Assembly (NCBI GenBank): GCA_021413965.1
Contig: JAIOPI010000019.1
Coordinates: 4,585-68,584, forward strand
Direction of reading: 5' to 3'
DNA length: 64,000 nt
Source: Lentisphaerota bacterium
Lineage (GTDB): Bacteria > Verrucomicrobiota > Kiritimatiellia > UBA8416 > JAIOPI01
This document shows, in pieces, positions 56,901 through 64,000 of the stretch. Position 1 is the stretch's first letter; each line of letters begins with the position of its first letter. The notes under the pieces were generated by a model. That model was not told where the DNA came from, did not search any database, and saw only the letters and a program-made list of their open reading frames with translations. A program made the translations under genes and the position numbers.

Positions 56901-59900
56901 GCTGGCCCGCTCGTGCGCGTCCGCGGCGACCGGCGCGGGGCGCGCGAGCTTCCAGGCGTCCAGCACCTTCGCAGCCGCGTCCCGGTTCTGTGCCGAAATC
57001 GCCGTGGCGAAATTGTTGCTGAAGGCGGCGGCGACCTGCAGCCCCTGCTTGTTGAGCTGCTCCGTGACGGCCTTCCAGCGCGGCTCGCCGGGCTCCTTGA
57101 GCGCCCGTGCCTGAATCGCTTCAAGCGTCTGGTTGAGTTCGGTGACGTATGCGGCCTCCGGCTGCGGCGCGGTGGCGAGGAACTTCGCCAGGCCGCTCTC
57201 GAACGCGCGCTGCGGCAGCCAGCGCGCGAGTACGACGGCCACGACGATGACGACGACCGCCGCCGCGGCGATACCGATGGGTTTCCAGGGAATCTTGATC
57301 GGCGGCCGCGGCGGTTTGGCGGGCTTCGGCGGCTTCTCGGGTTTGGGCGCCGGTGCGGGCTTCGGTTCGGGAACGGGCTTTGGCTGAGGTTTGGGCGCGG
57401 GCTCCGGCTTCGGCGCGGGCTCCGGCTTGGCGGCCGGCTTCGGTGCCGGCGCGGGTTTGGGTTCCGGCTTGGCCGCGGGAGCGGCTGGCGCGGGCTCAGG
57501 AAGCGGCGCGGGTTTGGGCGCCTCTGCCGGTTTGGCGGGCTCGCGAGGTTTCTCGGGCTCGGGCGCCGGCTTCGATACGTGGGCAGGCTTGGCGGCCGGC
57601 TTGATTTGGACCGTCTCATCCGGCGCGGGCGGCTTGGCGGGTTCCACCGCGGGCTTCGGCGCTTCTACGACGGGCTTCGGGGCTTCCGCCACGGGGGGCG
57701 CGGGCGCCGCGCCGCGCGCCGCCTCGGCCACGGCTTCCTTCGCCCGCGCGTCCTCGATGATCTTGCGCATGGTCGCTTCGTCGAAGGCAGGCATCGCCAT
57801 CGTCTCGCCTTCCGATACGGGAGGCTGGAGCGCCATGGTCTTTGGTTCGTCGTAGACGGGCAGCGCCATCGTCTTGGCTTCGGCCTCTTCATCCACGGCC
57901 GGGGCCGCGGCGGCGGCGGTCGCGCGGCGCTCGGCGGCAAGGCGCGCCTGCTCGTCGTCCCACATCAGGAGAATCTCGGCATCGCGAAGCGCGGCGGCGA
58001 ACGCCGTCGGGTCGAGCTGTTCCGCCGCGCTGGCGGACGTGGCGCGCTCGAGCAGGCGGGCGAGATTGGGGAAGCGCTTATCCAGCGGCAGGGTCCGTCG
58101 CAGGCCCTCGCGCCCGGCGGCACCTGAGGGGCCGCCGCCAACGATGTCGCGCATGGCCAGCGCCAGCGAACGCGTGTCCGCTTTGCGCGTCAGTTCCCAG
58201 ATCGGCGAGGGGCGCCCCTCGAGGCTCGAGCCCGGGCTGCCTTCGAAGGCATGCGCGACGCCCCAATCCAACCACTTCAGGCCCGCGCCATCCGCCGCGG
58301 TCAGGAACAGGCTTTCGGCGGAAAGCAACGTGGCGCGCAGCCCTTCGCCGTGCAGATCGACCAGCAAGTCGGCCAGGCTGGCGAACAGTTCGAGCACCTG
58401 GGCCAGATCCGCCCGCTGCAGCGTGTTGGGTTTCGGGAAGACCGTTTTCGGGCTGGTCTGGTAGAAGCGCTCGTCGAAGTCCGTGACGAGATACAGGGCG
58501 GCCTGGCCCTGCTCACGGGCGCGCCACGCGTGGTCGAGATACGTGACGAGCAGCTTGTGCTGGATCTGGGCGAGGTTGCCCGCGCGCTCGTGGAAAAGTT
58601 TCGCATCGATGGCGCCCTGGGCCTGGCGAATCAGGACGACACGGCCGTCGCGCAGGCGGCGCGCGCGCAGGAGGGCCCCGATGTCATCGCGCCGCAGCGT
58701 CGCATCGATGAAGTAGGTTTCGCGCCCCTGCACGAGCGAGCCGAGCACCTGCTCGATGGCCTGGCTCATGGCCTCTGCGGAGGGGAAGCGTTGCTCCGGC
58801 TTCCAGGCCAGACTGCGCGACGTCACGTCCTTCAACACCGGAATCGTCTGGAAGATGGGATGGGTGAACGGCAGGACGGCCGGCTTCTGGGAGCGGCCGA
58901 TGAACTCCATCCAGCCGCTCGGGCCGTCCGCGAGCCGCGGCAGGGGCGATTCGCCTGTCAGGGCTTCATAGAAGCACAGCCCCATGGAGTACAGGTCGGA
59001 TTGCGCCGACCCGCGGTCCTTGCCGCTCTGCGCAAACTCGGGGGCCATGTAGTCCGGCGTGCCCGGCACCTGCCCGCCCGTCATCGTGCCGCTGACGTCG
59101 CGCGCGATCCCCAAGTCGAAAATCTTGGCCCGCTCCGGGTGCCCGGCGGGGCTGTACAGGTTGCCCGGCTTGATGTCGCGGTGGATGATGCCGTGAACGT
59201 GGAGATGGTGCAGGGCTTTGAGGTAGTTCACGAACAGCTCGAGCGCTTCCGTGAGATCCATGCCCGTGCGGGACTGGCGGATGCGTCCGCGCAGGGTGAA
59301 CTCGGGCATCCCGTCGAGGTACTCGAGTACCAGGAAGTGCTGCTCCTCGGTGCCGAGGCGCCCCTTGACGAAATCGCGGAACAGCACGATGTGCGGGTGC
59401 GTGTACTGCTGCAGCACGCGCGCCTCGCGCAGGAAGCGATCCACCTGCGACTCCGCGGTCAGGCGTTTGAGCGCCACGATCTCGCCGTTGCTCCGCCGCT
59501 GAGCCTTGTAGACCTCCCCGAAACCGCCCCGGCCGATGAACTCCAGCAACTCGTACACTTCATCGGAGTCGTCCTGGCGGATGACGCGCCGCTCGATCTT
59601 CTTGAACTCGCGCAGGACCTGCTCGAAGGTCTGGTAGCGATCGTCGCGGGACGCATGCAGGCACGTGCGGATGAACGTGGGCGCGCCGTTCAGCACCTGC
59701 AGGCCCGGCAGGTCCGTCTTGATGCGCGGCGCCTCACCGGAGTGCCAGCGCTGCACGTAGCCGATCATCGCGTTGTCGCCCAGCGGCGGGAACGGCAGCT
59801 TGCCCGTCAGAATCTGGAAAAACACGACGCCGAAACTGAAGATGTCCGACTTCTCGTCGCCGGAGAAGTTGTTGCCGAGCTTGACCCAGTCCGGGGCCAT

Positions 59901-60470
59901 GTAGTCGAACGACCCCTTCAGCCCGGCCGTGCTGGTGGCGCTGCCGTCGGACTTGCGCGCGATGCCGAAGTCGATCAGCCGAACGTGCCCGTCCCGCGTG
60001 AGGAAGATGTTGTGCGGCTTCAGGTCGCGGTGGATGAAGCCCAGCTGGCAGGCATAGATCAGGGCGTCGAGGGTTTGCTGGGTCACGGAGCGCACCAGGT
60101 CCCAGGGCAGCCCGCGGGGATGCTTGGCAAGCGTGTCCTTGAGTTCCTCGCCGTCGAGGTACTCCATGACGAGGCAGCGCGCTTCGTCCCACTCACCGGC
60201 GCGCCACACGAACGAGTCGCGATAGCGCACGATATTGGGGTGTGTCAGGGCCTTGAGAATCTCGATCTGCCGGATGAAGCGGGAGTCCTTGGAGCTTTCC
60301 TCGCCGGCCTCGGCACGCCCCTTCTTGAGCGCCACGGTCTCCCCGTACGCGACGTTGGGATTGGAGCGGGAGATGCAGGTGGCTTGATACACATCCCCCT
60401 GGGCGCCTTTCCCGATGAGATCGAGGATCTCATAGTCGCCAATGATATTCTTTGCGGAGGATTCTGCCAT
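53901..60470 (-). CDS. 2189-aa membrane Ser/Thr protein kinase: two tandem active kinase domains + degenerate third kinase-like region + Pro/Ala/Lys-rich linker + TM + ~1150-aa extracytoplasmic helical domain
   Basis: Kinase 1: IGKGAQGDVY...ALK...HRDLKPHNIFL...DFG...GSFDYMAPD. Kinase 2: IGRGGFGEVY...ALK...HRDIKPGNLY...DLGIAR...GTPDYMAPE. Then a PAPKPEP repeat block and TM IGIAAAAVVVIVVAVVLA. Confidence 0.85.
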   Translation of the reverse strand: MAESSAKNIIGDYEILDLIGKGAQGDVYQATCISRSNPNVAYGETVALKKGRAEAGEESSKDSRFIRQIEILKALTHPNIVRYRDSFVWRAGEWDEARCLVMEYLDGEELKDTLAKHPRGLPWDLVRSVTQQTLDALIYACQLGFIHRDLKPHNIFLTRDGHVRLIDFGIARKSDGSATSTAGLKGSFDYMAPDWVKLGNNFSGDEKSDIFSFGVVFFQILTGKLPFPPLGDNAMIGYVQRWHSGEAPRIKTDLPGLQVLNGAPTFIRTCLHASRDDRYQTFEQVLREFKKIERRVIRQDDSDEVYELLEFIGRGGFGEVYKAQRRSNGEIVALKRLTAESQVDRFLREARVLQQYTHPHIVLFRDFVKGRLGTEEQHFLVLEYLDGMPEFTLRGRIRQSRTGMDLTEALELFVNYLKALHHLHVHGIIHRDIKPGNLYSPAGHPERAKIFDLGIARDVSGTMTGGQVPGTPDYMAPEFAQSGKDRGSAQSDLYSMGLCFYEALTGESPLPRLADGPSGWMEFIGRSQKPAVLPFTHPIFQTIPVLKDVTSRSLAWKPEQRFPSAEAMSQAIEQVLGSLVQGRETYFIDATLRRDDIGALLRARRLRDGRVVLIRQAQGAIDAKLFHERAGNLAQIQHKLLVTYLDHAWRAREQGQAALYLVTDFDERFYQTSPKTVFPKPNTLQRADLAQVLELFASLADLLVDLHGEGLRATLLSAESLFLTAADGAGLKWLDWGVAHAFEGSPGSSLEGRPSPIWELTRKADTRSLALAMRDIVGGGPSGAAGREGLRRTLPLDKRFPNLARLLERATSASAAEQLDPTAFAAALRDAEILLMWDDEQARLAAERRATAAAAAPAVDEEAEAKTMALPVYDEPKTMALQPPVSEGETMAMPAFDEATMRKIIEDARAKEAVAEAARGAAPAPPVAEAPKPVVEAPKPAVEPAKPPAPDETVQIKPAAKPAHVSKPAPEPEKPREPAKPAEAPKPAPLPEPAPAAPAAKPEPKPAPAPKPAAKPEPAPKPEPAPKPQPKPVPEPKPAPAPKPEKPPKPAKPPRPPIKIPWKPIGIAAAAVVVIVVAVVLARWLPQRAFESGLAKFLATAPQPEAAYVTELNQTLEAIQARALKEPGEPRWKAVTEQLNKQGLQVAAAFSNNFATAISAQNRDAAAKVLDAWKLARPAPVAADAHERASAAMAAALGKLDLALTVRALTQKIPVTVAAKDVPGLEALSSELNAQNGKIWPGIAAADRDAAFRPVTEQLRTRFTAYLAQQSTTPTPESYKALTALRTTAPGLVTLAGPEFDRLAALAESKLGALVMADRIAGIETRAKAATTPELLTALLKDYTGVRDAAGTNRPAVEARLKSAVAGAFTRITGSQTESARRHYQELDMTAGDADRDALRALNTAMRAVHADAAADAALADVDKARAASTDRLSHVTTSLGTLKTLAGATDAAGLGKAAEECVALANTERALLDTPSIRPLWATVGEAFTNSCGRLLSTLTPTPGSVAVVDSLEKSLRRAAETRIFSEENYQAMLQQVRATRDGLTAGLRDSRVAALQGELARVQGEVAGADARALSNIVARVAAMQQTYTDIWSGAGTAKALQQIGAGLGTKVQALAAERDPVETRQARLQALRAVADGAARLFAEPGKAMLAELDKQQRLFCLRVVNQSGQPVVINSGSQKWGECAAGTKQLLDVAATASAKVDVRLDSGKRGYVSQTKTVALVPGGGAELAVGAFETAPVSVTVNVPAVAEPGQPPVAGVRYAAKGTTTFTPVRSGEALKLQPGAWQFQFMRPDYDAITRELALNIGDDARQVEGPAASEWKPKATRQTLDQVATAWQRRDMQALYTLFSAPTPSFEWPGHTSQYTNLYATWMQSLTASLTNDLQRANAQIQNYLAYLYQVADPAVDNSPRRFKERDSQPKIAFTLPAVPKALESQTVVADYPRLRVWADAAAGGLDESKFGSVAEELRAVGQKMIKESPRAGQQALFEAVLLGWADSGMGAVNTTWAVPEQYRWQAHIQFIPTDEGSIGTLDDLVRYHTGGGTLDAYDLNLALCQAGKLLNNFVVACQDAEKTGQVVDGGRLVNDRELAVRRAYEHHAQAARAVVQALGKLLTDAPPAAVRQSLAYLKQNQDSAEIAMAAACVGSRAPLQTTGLGTAILADAGLKTRVEALADKTRHVQGMLDLR
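57300..57720 (-). repeat. low-complexity coding repeat (PAPKPEP-type linker) inside the kinase gene
   Basis: Direct degenerate repeats of GGCTTCGG/GGGTTTGG units in the DNA; translates to (P/A)(E/K)P repeats. Confidence 0.5.
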
Positions 60471-60503
60471 GACCGCGTTACGTGTGCCGGCTGCCGCGCG
60501 CCG

Positions 60504-62564
60504 TTACCGCCCCATCTTGGCTTTTAGCTTCGGGAGTACGGCGTGCACCTGCTCCAGCACGTCGAAGGTGATCCGGCGTAATTCAGCCTGACGGCCCGCG
60601 TCCTTGGATTCAAGCAAGACGGTCGCCTGGCCGGCGGCCGCCGCGAGGTCGTCGAGCACGGGGGAGACCTCATCATCCGGGAAATTGCTCCATACGTCGC
60701 CGACGGCGCGCGGGATGCCAGCCTCGGCCTCGACCAGGCGCTGAATGGCCGCAGTGCGGTAGGCGCCCACTCGCCGAATCAAATCCGTGGCCTGCGCCTG
60801 TGTATCCGGTCCTGCCGAGCCCGTCGGCGGTTGCTCGCTCAGCCAGGCGTCCATCCGGTCGAGGCCCGCCGTCCAGAGGCGCAACTCGCTCTCGATCAGC
60901 CCCGGCAGCGTGGTGTCGCCGGAGCGCGTGAATTCGGCCAGCTCGGGCAGCACCGGCATGAGGCTCTGCAGACGGGCCGCGTCGCGCCGGCCCTCGCGGA
61001 CGAAGTCCTGCACCTGCTTGACGGCAGGGTCCACCTGCAGCGCCGTCGTCGAGGTCGACGAGGTGGTGGACGTGGTCGTGCTCGTGCTCGACGTCGTGGT
61101 GCGCGGCGCCGTGGTCGTCGTTGACGTGGTCGAGGTGCTCGTCGTGGGTCGGGCCGACGTGGTGGTCGAGGTCGTCGACGTCGTCGTCCGCCGTGCGGAG
61201 GTGCTGGTGGAGGTCGTGGACGAGGTGGTGGTGCGCAGCGCCGAGGTCGTCGTGCTCGACGACGAGGTGCTGGACGTGACCGCGATCCGCGGGGCGCTGG
61301 TCGAGGAGGTGGTCGACGACGTTGTGGTTGAGCTTGTGGACGTGGTCACCGGCCGCGTGGTCGTGGTCGGCTTGGGCGATGCGATCTTGGTCACCTCCTG
61401 GGTGGACGCGACGGCGACGGGTGGTGTCGACGAAGGCGTGGCGGTAACCGGCGCGTGCGTGCCGACGACGCCGTCGCCGCGCAGCTTCCAGACGAGGGCC
61501 AGAATGCCGATCATCAGCGCCACCGCGATGCCGCCCCCGATCATGCCCCACGGCAGCGACTTGGCGGAAGCCGGGGGGGTGATGGCGGCGGCCGCCGCGG
61601 CGGCTGCCGGCGTGGGCGTCACCGGTCTGGCGGTCCGTTCGGCCCGCGGCGGAGGTGTGCTGGGCGTTGCCGCGCGTGCGGAACCCGCACGGTCATCCGT
61701 GGGCGTCTCGCGGTCGCCGCGCTCCGCGGTATCCCGATCCTCTTGCACCGGTGCAGGCCGTGGAGCCGGCGCCGGCACGACCGGCGTAGGGGGCTCCGCA
61801 TCGTCCGCGCTTGCGGGCGGCAGCTTGCCCACGCGAACCAGGACGACGGTGATGTTGTCGTCACCGCCGGCCTTGTTGGCCTCCTCGATCAGCGCCCGCG
61901 CCAGCGGCATGAGCTCCCCGCCCAGGTGTTTCTCGATGACCTTGGCGATCAGGCGGTCGTTGACCATGCGGCTGAGCCCGTCTGAACAGATCAGGTACAG
62001 GTCGCCTTCTCGCACATCCGTCGGCGTCTGTTCGAGCTCCGCGGTATCCTGCAGCCCGACGGCGCGCGTGATGACGTTGCGGAACATTGCGGGCAGGGCT
62101 TTCTCGTCGGTCACCCCGGCCATATTCGCCACGGAATGGTCGCGGGTCACCTGCTCCAGCTTGCCGCCGCGAAAGCGGTACAGGCGACTGTCTCCGGCGT
62201 GGCAGGCCACGGCGCGCGACGGCTGCTCAGCCGAGAACGCAATGAGGACACAGGTGGTGCCGGTTCCCTTGTTGCCGCGATCTTCGGCCCGCTGCTTGAT
62301 CCAAGTGCTGGCCTTGTTGACGGTGGCCTGCAACAGGGCCAGTTTCTGGCCCATGCGCATGTCCGGGGTGGCGCCCTTCTCAAAGGCCTGCTCAAGGTGC
62401 TCGACCAGGGCGGCGCTGGCCACATCCCCTTCCGCCGCACCGCCCATGCCATCGGCCACGCAAAACACACCGAAGGCGGGCAGGCGGATCAGCGAATCTT
62501 CATTGTTCTTCCGCTTGCGGCCCTGATCGGTGAACTCCGCCGATTCCAGATATTCAAACGGCAT
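60504..62564 (-). CDS. PP2C-family Ser/Thr phosphatase, membrane-anchored, with mucin-like Ser/Thr-rich ectodomain segment
   Basis: N-terminal PP2C fold (FCVADGMGGAAEGDVAS..., DDNITVVLV), TM WGMIGGGIAVALMIGILALVW, ~110-aa S/T stretch, C-terminal globular domain. Sits 33 nt upstream of the kinase gene on the same strand. Confidence 0.8.
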   Translation of the reverse strand: MPFEYLESAEFTDQGRKRKNNEDSLIRLPAFGVFCVADGMGGAAEGDVASAALVEHLEQAFEKGATPDMRMGQKLALLQATVNKASTWIKQRAEDRGNKGTGTTCVLIAFSAEQPSRAVACHAGDSRLYRFRGGKLEQVTRDHSVANMAGVTDEKALPAMFRNVITRAVGLQDTAELEQTPTDVREGDLYLICSDGLSRMVNDRLIAKVIEKHLGGELMPLARALIEEANKAGGDDNITVVLVRVGKLPPASADDAEPPTPVVPAPAPRPAPVQEDRDTAERGDRETPTDDRAGSARAATPSTPPPRAERTARPVTPTPAAAAAAAAITPPASAKSLPWGMIGGGIAVALMIGILALVWKLRGDGVVGTHAPVTATPSSTPPVAVASTQEVTKIASPKPTTTTRPVTTSTSSTTTSSTTSSTSAPRIAVTSSTSSSSTTTSALRTTTSSTTSTSTSARRTTTSTTSTTTSARPTTSTSTTSTTTTAPRTTTSSTSTTTSTTSSTSTTALQVDPAVKQVQDFVREGRRDAARLQSLMPVLPELAEFTRSGDTTLPGLIESELRLWTAGLDRMDAWLSEQPPTGSAGPDTQAQATDLIRRVGAYRTAAIQRLVEAEAGIPRAVGDVWSNFPDDEVSPVLDDLAAAAGQATVLLESKDAGRQAELRRITFDVLEQVHAVLPKLKAKMGR
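61041..61373 (-). repeat. degenerate tandem DNA repeats encoding the Ser/Thr-rich (TTTSSTTS...) segment of the PP2C gene
   Basis: Repeated GTCGTCGA/GGTGGTCG units seen directly in the sequence. Confidence 0.5.
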
Positions 62565-62736
62565 ATCCCCGCCCCCATTTCCAGCCGTACTACTATTGGC
62601 CGTTTACTGACGCGTTGGAAGACGGCCCTTGGCCGCATCTGCCGAGTGAGACAGGCCTAGCCGGCGGGCAATCTGCACTTGTAGGCACAGTCACACAAGT
62701 GCCAAGTCGGTCACCCTCGAAGGCTACAATTGTTCG

Positions 62737-64000
62737 TCAGCGTTTTGCCGTCACGGGCAACTGCCAGTACGACGGCATGATTTTGCTGGAGACGGCTCCA
62801 CCACCTATGACGATGCCGCGCTTCGCCTCGGGCGGCATCTCCGGATCGGCAGTCACCTCGGCCTGGCCATAGAGCACATAGTCGATCAAGCCCAGCGCCA
62901 CCGGTTCGCTGATGTTCATGTAGTTGTGCAAGAAATAGGGCGATCCGAAAATTCCCTGGCGCGACTTCAGTTCCGGCGTTTCCACCACGAAGGCTTCCGT
63001 GCGGAAGATCTCGCGCAAGACCGCGTCCGAGCCGCCCACCACCTGGTTGTTGAAGATGATCAAGCCCGGCAGCCGCCCGGCGTCGAATTCCGGGATTTCG
63101 CCAAACTTGTTGCCCGAGATCGTGCCGGTGGTCAGCACCCACACGAACCCGATGTCCGTATTGAAGTCATCGGGCGTCACGAACTGAAGGAAGCGTCCGG
63201 CGTTGATCTCGAGCGGATTCGTCCGCTCGCCAATCTGCTGCCCCTCAAGGGCCAACAGGTCGCCGGCGATGAAGTTCACCGGCCCGACGCCCGTGTCGTT
63301 GGCATCAAGAATGACCGCGCGCGGCGCCGAGAGGGACACGTCGCCCGAGCCGGAAACCAGGTTCACCAGAACCGGGCTTGCGCTGTCGTGCTGGAGATAC
63401 ACGTTGCGGCCGCTGATCTCATCCAGCAGCCCGACCTCGACGCGAATCCGGTCCTTGGCGCTGCCGATGTCGCCGCCCGCGGTGAGGATGAGATTGTCCG
63501 CGTTGATCAGCGATCCGTTATCCGAGACGCTGCCCCCGCGGAATTCGGCGTCGCCGGTATCGACGTTGCCCATCCCGATGTCGCCGTCGACTTCGGCCAA
63601 GACGTCGTCCGCCGTTAGGTCTTCGAATACGAAATCCCCGCCGCCCTGGAGTTTGAAGCTGCCGCCGACGTCGATCGTGTCGATTTCCATGTCACCGTCC
63701 ACGGTGAGATCGGCATCACCGCCCACATCAAGCGCGGCGCCAGTGTAGCCGCCGCCGATGTCCAGCGTGGCATCGCCGCCCGCGCGGACCGAACTGCCGG
63801 AGAGCGAGCCGCCCGACTTGAAGCTCAGGTCGTTGGCCGAGGTCAGGCCGCCGCGCAGCTGCTGGTTGAGCAGGGCCACGTTCGGGCCCGGTATGTCCGC
63901 CGGGACGAAGGGTGAAAGCACGCGCACCGGCACCGCCACCGGGCCAGAGGCGACGCTGCTGAGCTCCGAGATGTTGACGTTGCCGAGATCCACGGAGGTG
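62737..64000 (-). CDS. C-terminal part of a large protein with GGD-type beta-helix-like repeats (gene start beyond window end)
   Basis: Repeats such as RAGGDATLDIGGGYTGAALDVGGDADLTVDGDMEIDTIDVGGSFKLQGGGDF. Same strand, immediately upstream of the PP2C-kinase pair. Confidence 0.45.
   Translation of the reverse strand, partial: TSVDLGNVNISELSSVASGPVAVPVRVLSPFVPADIPGPNVALLNQQLRGGLTSANDLSFKSGGSLSGSSVRAGGDATLDIGGGYTGAALDVGGDADLTVDGDMEIDTIDVGGSFKLQGGGDFVFEDLTADDVLAEVDGDIGMGNVDTGDAEFRGGSVSDNGSLINADNLILTAGGDIGSAKDRIRVEVGLLDEISGRNVYLQHDSASPVLVNLVSGSGDVSLSAPRAVILDANDTGVGPVNFIAGDLLALEGQQIGERTNPLEINAGRFLQFVTPDDFNTDIGFVWVLTTGTISGNKFGEIPEFDAGRLPGLIIFNNQVVGGSDAVLREIFRTEAFVVETPELKSRQGIFGSPYFLHNYMNISEPVALGLIDYVLYGQAEVTADPEMPPEAKRGIVIGGGAVSSKIMPSYWQLPVTAKR

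Noticed and set aside
61041-61373. Tandem DNA repeats considered as a CRISPR array or mobile-element remnant
   Set aside because: The repeats are degenerate, in-frame and encode a Ser/Thr-rich protein segment. There is no repeat-spacer periodicity, and no cas genes, transposase or integrase in the window.

Overview
This is a high-GC (roughly 65-68%) window from a diderm (Gram-negative-type) bacterium; outer-membrane proteins, a secretin, an Mla system and a heptosyltransferase are all present. It is densely coding on both strands. No rRNA, tRNA, CRISPR array, transposase or integrase was found. The 6-frame track also contains many long antisense ORFs, which are GC artefacts.

Content from start to end:
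1. 1-2.6 kb: two tandem CNNM/CorC-family genes, a secreted LolA-like hypothetical and a PUR-alpha-like nucleic-acid-binding protein.
2. 2.6-7 kb: a CX3CX2C protein, glucuronate isomerase uxaC, an OmpA-like beta-barrel and a CX5R protein tyrosine phosphatase.
3. 7.0-11.3 kb: a urate/allantoin catabolic cluster (ureidoglycine aminohydrolase, allantoate amidohydrolase, OHCU decarboxylase, HIU hydrolase, allantoinase).
4. 11.3-20 kb: rlmN; ilvBN behind an AT-rich leader region; an SGNH hydrolase; a tandem ThyX-like protein; a sugar-phosphate isomerase; an alanine/cation symporter.
5. 20-25.7 kb: a glycosylation trio (GT9 heptosyltransferase-like, PMT/ArnT-like, TMTC-like with TPR repeats) next to a DUF1573 protein.
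6. 25.7-41.2 kb, the most interesting system: a complete Tad/Flp pilus locus in two convergent operons. It has flp, cpaB, cpaC, tadB, tadC, cpaA, three TadE/G pseudopilins, a second Flp-like gene and a second divergent CpaF paralog. It is unusual because:
   - the main CpaF ATPase carries an N-terminal FHA domain;
   - two FHA-domain membrane proteins (one double-FHA plus TPR) occupy the operon 3' end, where tadZ/cpaE and tadD would normally sit;
   - one TadG-like pseudopilin has a 14-cysteine cluster.
7. 41.3-51.3 kb: cbpA-cbpM, an ElaB/YqjD-YqjE pair, a minimal secreted caspase-like protein, entericidin, an mlaEFDCA operon and a tandem-repeat secreted protein. Five of these loci are preceded by the same ~20-nt motif CCATGGGGT-N3-AACCCTAC, a candidate general-stress regulon signature.
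8. 51.4-64 kb: a TSP3-repeat secreted protein, then an operon of a PP2C phosphatase (mucin-like Ser/Thr ectodomain) and a 2189-aa membrane protein with two tandem Ser/Thr kinase domains. These are plausible upstream partners for the FHA-equipped Tad machine.
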